This document shows, in pieces, positions 1-6,674 of a DNA stretch of 13,650 bases. The notes below the pieces were generated by a model that saw nothing but the letters and a program-made list of their open reading frames with translations, made no database searches and was not told the DNA's origin. Source of the DNA: a bacterium. GTDB lineage: Bacteria; Electryoneota; Electryoneia; Electryoneales; Electryoneaceae. The position numbers and the translations under genes are program-made. The stretch is from the NCBI GenBank assembly GCA_043801585.1, contig JAZDLX010000051.1:1-13650 (forward strand), in the 5' to 3' direction. Position 1 is the first letter of the stretch. Each line of letters starts with the position of its first letter.

Positions 1-129
1 GGCGGAACGTGTGTCTGATGGTTGTCGAACGTCGGACGAAGGGAGTGGAACGATCTCTGGCGTCTTGTCCAGAGCGTATCCAACCCCCACCGCGAGGGAG
101 AGTGCTGCAACGAAAAGGATTCGTTTCAT
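1..129 (-). CDS. N-terminus of a secreted protein (runs off the left edge of the window)
   Basis: Not in the ORF track. Manual translation from ATG at 129 gives MKRILFVAALSLAVGVGYA|LDKTPEIVPLPSSDVRQPSDTRSA..., open to position 1. It has a basic-hydrophobic-GYA Sec signal peptide and a G-rich RBS (GGGGGGACTTA-ATG). Confidence 0.75.
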   Translation of the reverse strand, partial: MKRILFVAALSLAVGVGYALDKTPEIVPLPSSDVRQPSDTRSA

Positions 130-339
130 TAAGTCCCCCCACCTATAAATGAACATTGAACAGGGGCGTTTATAAGCTTCAAGACAAGATAATCACACAA
201 CAGCGCGGGGAACACGTTGATCGTGATAAAATGAATTTGACTGGAAATTGGGGAGATGGAAAGGCCGGTTTCGTGAGATCTCTTGCGAGGGCAGCTCTCG
301 GGCAGGGACACCCGCGCCGCAGGAACAGGATGACTTGAG

Positions 340-385
340 GAATTAGAATAAACCCTGTTTGCTCGCTGCGCCAGGCAAACAGGGC
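340..385. repeat. REP-like repeat family A, copy 1 (long-loop variant)
   Basis: GAATTAGAATAAA tail, then stem CCCTGTTTGC (353-362), 12-nt loop TCGCTGCGCCAG, GCAAACAGGG (375-384). Tail and stem are identical to the copies at 3847 and 5133. Confidence 0.9.
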
Positions 386-633
386 CAGATACGCTCACTG
401 TCCGACAGTGGGTGAGGAAGAAAGGCCCGCCGACGGGTAGTCATGCCCGCTGTGGTTTTTCCGCACGAACAGATTTGAAATATATCTCTGCACCCAGAAG
501 TGTATTGGGAGGGATGGTGTGGGACAGAGGTTTGTTTTTCTGTTGAGTTAGTGCATTGCAGCAGGTCCCCCAACAGCCCCATATTTAAAAACACGAAGAA
601 GACCGATTTTCACGTGCCCGATTTGGGGGTGTA

Positions 634-1047
634 ATGGCTGCAAAAGCCGAAAAAACGGTAGTTTCTCGCAGAGTCCTGGTTGTCGATGATGACCCGATGA
701 TTCGGGAATTGCTCAGCCAGGCGCTGAGTTCGAATGGGTATGAGGTTGTTCAGGCGGAGAGCGGGGAAGAGGCCTTAAGAATCATCGAAAACGAGAAAAT
801 CTTTGTCCAAATCTTCGACATGCAGCTTCCCGGAATCAACGGCGTTGACCTTTGCAGAAAATCGTGCGAGATGAACCCTGTTGCTGTGCGCTTTGCAATG
901 ACAGGGTATATATCGGTGTTCAACCTCCTCGAAGCGCGGGAGGCTGGATTTGACGACTACTTCGTCAAGCCATTCTCCGTGGATTCCATTCTCAAACACA
1001 TCGAGGACGCCTTCGAAAAAGTGGAACGCTGGAGACGGGGCAAATAG
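634..1047 (+). CDS. Stand-alone CheY-like response regulator (receiver domain only)
   Basis: RVLVVDDD acidic pocket, phosphoacceptor in IFDMQLPGING, MTG and VKPF motifs; no output domain; GGGGG upstream of the ATG. Confidence 0.92.
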   Translation: MAAKAEKTVVSRRVLVVDDDPMIRELLSQALSSNGYEVVQAESGEEALRIIENEKIFVQIFDMQLPGINGVDLCRKSCEMNPVAVRFAMTGYISVFNLLEAREAGFDDYFVKPFSVDSILKHIEDAFEKVERWRRGK

Positions 1048-1152
1048 GCTGGACACTACGGGAACGGCAACTTTCATTCAGTGGGATCCGTTTAAATGGT
1101 GAAGCAGGTTAATTGAACAAAGCAAACGGTTCCCGAATTTTGTGAGACCCGA

Positions 1153-1527
1153 TTGACAGACAGACTCATTCCAAACATCGGTCCCCTTGAGATTCGCAAA
1201 CGGAAAGCGGTTGGATTCGCGGTGCTTGCATTAGCCGTGGCTGCGCTCGGTGCGATGGTGCTCGGTGGAGCACCGGTGGTCACCCGCCTTATCCTGGCGC
1301 CTTTCTGGTGGCTCGGCTCCCTCGGTCTTTTGCAGGCGCGGCAGCAGACCTGCGTGGCGCTTGCGGCCCAGGGGGTGTGCAACATGGACGACGGTCCGGA
1401 ACCGATCCAGGATCCCGATACCTTCGCGGCCATCCAGCGGCAGGCGCGAAAGGTGCACCGTTGGAGCCTGATCGTCGCTGCAGTGCTGACCGCGCTGTCC
1501 ATCCTTCCGTACGTTCCCGCGAACTGA
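1153..1527 (+). CDS. Small hypothetical membrane protein (about 3 TM segments)
   Basis: Hydrophobic stretches AVGFAVLALAVAALGAMVLGG, LILAPFWWLGSLGLL and WSLIVAAVLTALSILPYV; GC-rich codon usage. The TTG start is uncertain. Confidence 0.75.
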   Translation: MTDRLIPNIGPLEIRKRKAVGFAVLALAVAALGAMVLGGAPVVTRLILAPFWWLGSLGLLQARQQTCVALAAQGVCNMDDGPEPIQDPDTFAAIQRQARKVHRWSLIVAAVLTALSILPYVPAN

Positions 1528-1623
1528 CACTGGCCGGGTAGGCCCGAAGAACGGCATTGTTACAACTCTATTCGAAAAGGACACATGGACCGTTCGAGTG
1601 AATCAGTGAGTGCTTCCGGAGAG

Positions 1624-1707
1624 CAGGAAAATGTACCAGGTACCTTTTCATACGCGGAGTCGAACAAGGATGCTGAACAGGAAGAAAGTACCTGGTACAT
1701 TTTCCTG
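1624..1707. repeat. Repeat family B, REPIN-like inverted doublet 1
   Basis: Perfect 20-bp inverted repeat CAGGAAAATGTACCAGGTAC (1624-1643) / GTACCTGGTACATTTTCCTG (1688-1707) with a 44-nt spacer. Each arm contains the quasi-palindrome GTACC-W-GGTAC. Confidence 0.9.
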
Positions 1708-1800
1708 TGACGAGAGACGCTGCCCGTCAATTCATCTGAGTTCATCCACCAGGTGTGACGCTGGACTTTCGATCATTCTCTTGAAACTTCGATTCACGCC

Positions 1801-3750
1801 ATGAGCATTGTCACCCTCAACGCAGTCGAACAGAGTTTTGGCGCACAGCAGGTATTGCTGCCGGTGTCGATAAAGATCAACTCCGGGGCGAAGATTGGGC
1901 TGGTGGGGCGCAACGGGGTTGGCAAGACAACCCTGCTGAAGATCATCGCGGGGCTGCAACAGCCCAGCGGTGGTCATGTCGTCCATGCGTCCGAACTCCG
2001 CATCGGCTTCCTCGAACAGGATCCTCACTATCCCGAAGGCCACACGCTCTATGCGGAGGTGCGAGAGGGGATCGCCGCGGTGGACGAGCTGGAGGCCGAG
2101 CTTCGCCACCTCGAGGAACTGCTCGCGGAGCTATCGCTGAAGGATGATCCCGAGACTCAACAGCGGCTGCTGGACCGCTACGCGAGGACACAGGAGAAAT
2201 TCGAGGGTCGAGGAGGCTGGCAGGCGGACGCCCGTGTCGGGGCGGTGCTGCTCGGCCTCGGCGTCGCGGAGCAGGACTGGTACCGCGAGGCGAAGACCTT
2301 TTCCGGCGGTGAACGCAATATCATCGGTCTCGCTAAAATTTTCGTGCAGGACCCGGATCTGACGCTGCTCGACGAGCCGGGAAATCACCTTGACTTCGAG
2401 GGACTCGACTGGCTCGAACAGGAACTCCGACGGTACCGGGGGGCGCTGCTGCTCGTCAGCCACAACCGCTATCTGCTTGACACCGTGACCAACACGACCT
2501 GGGAGCTCGAGCGCGGAAAAATTGAACTGTTCAGCGGGAATTATTCGTTCTATCGGGCCGAAAAACTGCTGCGCCAGGAGAAAGCGGAGATGGTGGCAAA
2601 ACGGGCCGAACGGGATATCAACCGGCTCCGTTTCCAGATCCAGCGGCTGAAAAGCTGGGCAAGCGTGTATGACAATCCGAAGTTGGCGCGGACGGCGAAA
2701 CGGTTCGAGCGGCGTGTCGAGGAGCTGAAGGAAGATACCAAGGTCACCCGTGAGGACACCCGCCGGTTGGGGCTTCGCCTTGCCGGTTCCGCGACGAAAG
2801 GGGATATCGCCCTCGACGTGGTGGATTATTCGCGGCGGCACGGCGACGGCGGCGCTCTTTTCAAACACATCTCCTTTCGCATCGGACAGGGGAATCGGGT
2901 GGCGCTGGTCGGACCCAACGGCTCGGGCAAAACGACATTCCTGCGTGACGTGGTCCGCGAGGGGCGTTGGGAGAGTGACAGGCTTCGTGTTGGGCGGGCA
3001 ATGAAAATTGGATATCTCTCTCAGACGGGAGAGGAATTGAACCGTGACAACCCCCTGACCGACGAACTGATGCACCTTGCGGGATTGCGCCGCGGCGAGG
3101 CGGAGGCGCTGCTCTACCGTTTTCTGTTCGCCCACGATGACCTGGACAAACCGGTGTCAGTGCTTTCGGGTGGAGAGCGGGTTCGCCTTCAGCTCGCGGC
3201 GTTGATGGCGGGCGGATCGAACTTCCTGCTGCTCGACGAGCCGACGAACCACCTCGACGTGTTCTCGCGCGAGGCGGTGGAGGACGCCCTCGAGGATTTC
3301 GCCGGAACGATCCTTGTCGTCAGCCATGACCGCTATTTCCTCGACAAGATCGCCGAACGTGTGATCGCGGTGAAAACGCCAACGATCGAGAGTTATGACG
3401 GCAACTTCTCCGAGTTCTGGGAGGCGTACAAGCGGCTCCGTGAACAAGCGGCGGAGGAGGTTGTGGAGAAAAGACGCGCCGCGAAAGAGACCAGGAAACA
3501 GAAACGGCTCGAGCGGTTTAAGAAAATGAAGTTCAACGCCGAACGGTTCAAGTGGCTGGAACAGGAGATCGCGCGCCTCGACCAACGGCGTCAACGGCTC
3601 GAGGGTGAGATCGTCCGCGAACGGGAGAAGGGCAACCGTAAGCGCGAGGCCGCCAAACGGGAGAAGCTCGAGAAGACGCGGGATCAACTCGAGCTGGTCT
3701 GGGCGGAGTGGACCGCGATGGGTAACCGCAAAGCGGATTACGGACTGTGA
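1801..3750 (+). CDS. ABC-F family ATP-binding protein (tandem ABC domains, C-terminal coiled coil)
   Basis: Two Walker A motifs (GRNGVGKT, GPNGSGKT), signatures FSGGE and LSGGE, Walker B LDEPGNHLD and LDEPTNHLD, switch SHNRY and SHDRY; no TM segments; charged helical tail. Confidence 0.95.
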   Translation: MSIVTLNAVEQSFGAQQVLLPVSIKINSGAKIGLVGRNGVGKTTLLKIIAGLQQPSGGHVVHASELRIGFLEQDPHYPEGHTLYAEVREGIAAVDELEAELRHLEELLAELSLKDDPETQQRLLDRYARTQEKFEGRGGWQADARVGAVLLGLGVAEQDWYREAKTFSGGERNIIGLAKIFVQDPDLTLLDEPGNHLDFEGLDWLEQELRRYRGALLLVSHNRYLLDTVTNTTWELERGKIELFSGNYSFYRAEKLLRQEKAEMVAKRAERDINRLRFQIQRLKSWASVYDNPKLARTAKRFERRVEELKEDTKVTREDTRRLGLRLAGSATKGDIALDVVDYSRRHGDGGALFKHISFRIGQGNRVALVGPNGSGKTTFLRDVVREGRWESDRLRVGRAMKIGYLSQTGEELNRDNPLTDELMHLAGLRRGEAEALLYRFLFAHDDLDKPVSVLSGGERVRLQLAALMAGGSNFLLLDEPTNHLDVFSREAVEDALEDFAGTILVVSHDRYFLDKIAERVIAVKTPTIESYDGNFSEFWEAYKRLREQAAEEVVEKRRAAKETRKQKRLERFKKMKFNAERFKWLEQEIARLDQRRQRLEGEIVREREKGNRKREAAKREKLEKTRDQLELVWAEWTAMGNRKADYGL

Positions 3751-3846
3751 GCCGCCAGCGAAGTCGCTGGAGCCAAGTGCCGCCCCAAGGCTTCGCGGGT
3801 CGGCGAAAGATCAATCATGGCGGGGACTGCCAATACCTTGAAAGAA

Positions 3847-3890
3847 ACGAATTAGAATAAACCCTGTTTGCAAGCAAACAGGGGCACATA
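3847..3890. repeat. REP-like repeat family A, copy 2
   Basis: ACGAATTAGAATAAACCCTGTTTGCAAGCAAACAGGGGCACATA; 10-bp palindrome arms at 3862-3871 and 3874-3883; identical to 5133-5176. Confidence 0.95.
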
Positions 3891-3913
3891 TCGATTGAAC
3901 ATTTCAACTCGAC

Positions 3914-4357
3914 TCAAAACCAAGGGTGGCTAGAATAATACTCCGGACCGAAAGGTCTATTCTCTTGTCTCCAGAATTCAGTTGCCTCGGGAGATAGTTG
4001 CTCGCCACTCCAAGAGTTGTGGAGCATGCATACTAAAATGCATTCGGTCAAAATATACATGGCATTGCCAATACCTCTGTGCCTGTGTTTGGAATCAACT
4101 GCGGAATTCTGGCAATACCCAATAGGTTTATAATCAAATTCAGGACAACTATCAGCGAGATTAAAACCGGCATCCCCAACGGTTTCCCCGCTAAACAGAA
4201 CTCTAATGAAAACACTATGCATCGGATCATCTTGAGGGAGACGATACCGAATCTCATAACCCTGATTTGTAACTCTATCAATGTAGCTTTGTCTGTCATC
4301 AAGGTTCACGCCTTCAATACTATTCCACATCACCTCGCTTACGTGCCGTTTGCCCAT
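3914..4357 (-). CDS. Putative GNAT-family N-acetyltransferase (147 aa)
   Basis: VDSKHRHRGIGNAMY matches the GNAT acetyl-CoA-binding motif A (R/Q-x-x-G-x-G/A), followed by SPEATEFW. Start placed at ATG 4357, which has GGGGA upstream; the longer 4459 start overlaps a repeat. AT-rich. Confidence 0.7.
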   Translation of the reverse strand: MGKRHVSEVMWNSIEGVNLDDRQSYIDRVTNQGYEIRYRLPQDDPMHSVFIRVLFSGETVGDAGFNLADSCPEFDYKPIGYCQNSAVDSKHRHRGIGNAMYILTECILVCMLHNSWSGEQLSPEATEFWRQENRPFGPEYYSSHPWF

Positions 4358-4457
4358 AGTATCCCCATTATTGTTAATGCATATCGGATTAGTAAGTGAA
4401 CCGCTCCCATAGACAATGTACTGTCGGTCATTTTGAAAAAAACATTTACTAAAAATC

Positions 4458-4497
4458 ATGTGCCCCTGTTTGCTTGCAAACAGGGTTTACTCTAATT
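4458..4497. repeat. REP-like repeat family A, copy 3 (inverted relative to copies 1, 2, 4, 5)
   Basis: ATGTGCCCCTGTTTGCTTGCAAACAGGGTTTACTCTAATT is the reverse complement of the 40-bp core with one mismatch. Confidence 0.95.
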
Positions 4498-4532
4498 TTC
4501 AAATCATCCACCAATGGAAAAAATCGTCAACT

Positions 4533-5093
4533 ATGTCTCATTTTGTCCATGAAGAAGGGCACGCCCATTTCATCACCTTTTCGACCGCGGGGAAGAAGTG
4601 GTTGTTCAAAAGCCCCGCCCTTTACCAACTGTTCGTTGAACATCTTGATCGCGCGCGGGAGAAGCACCAGTTCTATCTCTTCGCCTATGTTGTTATGCCG
4701 AACCATGTTCATTTGTTGATCTTTCCCAAAGGGACAGAAAACATCCCAAACATTCTGCGTACCATCAAACGACCATTCGCATACCACGCTTTGCAGATTC
4801 TTCGTAAAAGCGATCCAGACTTGGTGAAATCACAGGAAGTCAATCACGGAAACCGGACCGTGACTCGGTTCTGGCAACCGGGCGGAGGACTCGACAGGAA
4901 CATTACCAATCCTGAACGCGTCAGACGGGCGATTGAATACATGCACGGGAATCCTGTACGACGTGGTCTCGTTGAAAAACCGACGGATTGGACCTGGTCG
5001 AGTGCGCGGTTCTGGGAAAACGGAACAACTAATCCGATTCGGATGGATGTACCTGAATGGTTGGGACGTGATCCATCGAAAGAGCAGCAATAG
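4533..5093 (+). CDS. rayT: REP-associated tyrosine transposase (RAYT / TnpA-REP, Y1 HUH family)
   Basis: HFITF, AYVVMPNHVHLL (HUH), FWQ...DRNI, and IEYMHGNPVRRGLV...DWTWSS (catalytic Tyr plus the RAYT-type C-terminal motif). Start set at ATG 4533 because ATG 4458 lies inside the repeat. Confidence 0.92.
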   Translation: MSHFVHEEGHAHFITFSTAGKKWLFKSPALYQLFVEHLDRAREKHQFYLFAYVVMPNHVHLLIFPKGTENIPNILRTIKRPFAYHALQILRKSDPDLVKSQEVNHGNRTVTRFWQPGGGLDRNITNPERVRRAIEYMHGNPVRRGLVEKPTDWTWSSARFWENGTTNPIRMDVPEWLGRDPSKEQQ

Positions 5094-5132
5094 TACTCTT
5101 TCGACTCAACGGATATAATAGACGGAACAGAT

Positions 5133-5176
5133 ACGAATTAGAATAAACCCTGTTTGCAAGCAAACAGGGGCACATA
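5133..5176. repeat. REP-like repeat family A, copy 4
   Basis: 44/44 identical to 3847-3890; followed by a tandem duplication of GCACATA (5170-5176, 5177-5183). Confidence 0.95.
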
Positions 5177-5184
5177 GCACATAG

Positions 5185-5373
5185 CTGCGTCTCTCCGGGG
5201 ACCTGCCGATGGTGATCGAGGCGGTGGACATTCACGAGTGCATTGACAAGGTGCTGCCGAGGATCGACGAACTGCTCGAGGAAGGCCTGGTCACGCAGGA
5301 GAAGGTTCGTGTTCTCCATTACGCACCGACCAAAGAAAGAGAAGTAACGTTTCGATCCGTCACGGTTTCCTGA
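5185..5373 (+). pseudogene. 5'-truncated DUF190 (PII-like) gene remnant
   Basis: Manual translation LRLSGDLPMVIEAVDIHECIDKVLPRIDELLEEGLVTQEKVRVLHY...* matches the DUF190 C-terminal pattern as I recall it (LRLSxDLPxVIExVD...LPxLDE...GLVTxEKV). It is preceded by an in-frame TAG, so the N-terminal half is missing. Confidence 0.8.
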
Positions 5374-5659
5374 TCGGTTTCCCGTCCGGTCCGAGAGCTT
5401 TGCGGTTCATCTGCTGTTGCAGGATGTACTCCTGCGTCCGCTCCCAGTCGTGCATGTAATACTCGTTCCAACAGTTGGCGTCTCCGAAACGTGCCCGTTC
5501 GAGCAGAATCCACGGGCGTTGGGGTGCCGTGTCGCCGGACAGGTTGGTGCGTCTCCCGCGATCGATCTCTCCTCCGTTCTCCTCATCGATCAGTCTCACC
5601 TCCATCCACTTGCTGGAGTAGGATGACATGCTAATCGTCGCGAACGTCACAACGTAGGT
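5360..5659 (-). pseudogene. In-frame continuation of the 5660-6352 gene after a premature TGA; probably chimeric
   Basis: Same frame as 5660-6352. EVRLIDEENGGEIDR aligns with WVRTIDKGTGIESNR of the upstream ORF, so it begins a second repeat unit, and the similarity then ends. Confidence 0.6.
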
Positions 5660-6352
5660 TCAATCCAGCTCCTCGAAGATCGCGGTGTGCGCGAAGGAAA
5701 GGGACGCATCCCCGCTGGTACTTGTCACTTCGCGGACCCAGGAATGATCGGTCGATGAGCCGTCATAGGCGTCGTTGCCGTTTCCATCCGCGAAGAGTTC
5801 AACCCAGTAGCTGTGTCCGGGGAGCAGTGCAGCAAAGCCGACGTTGAAGGGAACACTCGCCGGAATGGTCATCGACGTTCTGTTGCTCTCGATGCCGGTC
5901 CCCTTGTCGATCGTACGCACCCAGAGTGTCTGTCCGGCGTGGGGGCCTTCATCGGTGACCGTAAGAGTCAGCGTCCCCCAGGGTGCGGATCTGGACTCAC
6001 CCGGCAGGCGCACAAAAGAGGAGTTGCCGGGACTGGGATCGCCGACGAACCACTCGCCGTAAGGGTCCTGGAGTTCCTCACCGTTGGCCACGCCGTCATG
6101 GTCAGCATCGAGCTGGGCGAGGTAGGGATTCCAGACGACATTTCCCGTTGCGCCGGGAGTGTCGAGGAAGAACTTCTCCACCAGCTTGCCGAAATCATTC
6201 CGCGCCCCTCCCCCTGCCGGGTTGACATGGCAATTGGCGCAGGAATTGACGGAACCGTTGGGAAGCTGCGCGGGGCGGAACGGGCGTGCTGCTGCGGGCG
6301 ATGCAAAGGCGAGGACAAAAAGGTACAGCCCGACAGTTCGAAGCCTGATCAT
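5660..6352 (-). CDS. Secreted protein with a temptin-like N-terminal domain bearing CxxCH, plus a beta-rich repeat unit; probably truncated
   Basis: Signal peptide ending SPAAA|RPF; motifs LPNG, CANCH, GGGARNDFG, W...LDADHDGVANGEELQDP, LPG; then a PHAGQ...DGNGNDAYD...DHSW unit with Dx[DN]xDG-like loops. Confidence 0.8.
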   Translation of the reverse strand: MIRLRTVGLYLFVLAFASPAAARPFRPAQLPNGSVNSCANCHVNPAGGGARNDFGKLVEKFFLDTPGATGNVVWNPYLAQLDADHDGVANGEELQDPYGEWFVGDPSPGNSSFVRLPGESRSAPWGTLTLTVTDEGPHAGQTLWVRTIDKGTGIESNRTSMTIPASVPFNVGFAALLPGHSYWVELFADGNGNDAYDGSSTDHSWVREVTSTSGDASLSFAHTAIFEELD

Positions 6353-6528
6353 TCGGTCTTCAGGTTTGTTTGAACTCCACGGCGGGGCGATCGGATCGAA
6401 GAAGCGCTGAGTTAATAGTCCCTAATTTTTACAGGATAGCTCAACATTGGACGATTCAGGCAAGGATCAAGGATGGATTTCCTGTCGAAAACAGAGCTTC
6501 TTGGCAGATAAGTATCGACTCTCAGATT

Positions 6529-6615
6529 AAATGTACCAGGTACAATTATTTTACACCACAATTTGCTGTATAATATATTGAATTAAATAAATATAAAATT
6601 GTACCTGGTACATTT
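6529..6615. repeat. Repeat family B, REPIN-like inverted doublet 2
   Basis: Perfect 19-bp inverted repeat AAATGTACCAGGTACAATT (6529-6547) / AATTGTACCTGGTACATTT (6597-6615) with a 49-nt, very AT-rich spacer. Shares AAATGTACCAGGTAC with the doublet at 1624. Confidence 0.9.
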
Positions 6616-6621
6616 TTTCTC

Positions 6622-6649
6622 AAAAAGAAAACCCGCCGAAAGGCGGGTT
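6622..6649 (-). terminator. Rho-independent terminator of nnr
   Basis: 8-bp stem AACCCGCC / GGCGGGTT with a 4-nt loop, followed by TTCTTTTT on the minus strand, 25 nt after the nnr stop. Confidence 0.88.
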
Positions 6650-6674
6650 GTCAGCAATAAAAACGTATGTCGAT

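Larger units (their letters stand above)
3847..5176. mobile_element. REPtron-like locus: REP - GNAT cargo - REP - RAYT - REP
   Basis: The RAYT is flanked by inverted family-A repeats. The outer copies (3847-3890, 5133-5176) are 44-bp identical direct repeats. The interior is AT-richer than the flanks and no target-site duplication is visible. Confidence 0.75.

Noticed and set aside
3751..3830. Possible decayed N-terminal half of DUF190 (VAGA...GF...KI) and the hairpin CCAGCGA-AG-TCGCTGG
   Set aside because: The similarity needs a frameshift and is too weak to support; the hairpin is single-copy and has no U-tract.
4458..4532. Shared peptide CLLANRVYSN in several ORF-track entries (also 129-398, 5029-5319, 13360-13635)
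   Set aside because: It is the translation of repeat family A, not a protein motif; those ORFs or extensions are not considered real.
4533..5093. IS200/IS605 TnpA
   Set aside because: There is no tnpB, and the NPVRRGLV...W.WSS C-terminus and near-identical inverted flanking repeats fit RAYT better.
3847..5176. Family A repeats as a CRISPR array or integron attC sites
   Set aside because: Orientations are mixed, spacings are gene-sized, there are no cas or integrase genes, and there are no RYYYAAC/GTTRRRY boxes.
5625..5662. Selenocysteine recoding of the in-frame TGA (a small hairpin CGTTGTGA-CGT-TCGCGACG follows it)
   Set aside because: The loop is only 13 nt from the UGA, closer than in typical bacterial SECIS elements, and the aligned residue in the repeat is Trp, not Cys.
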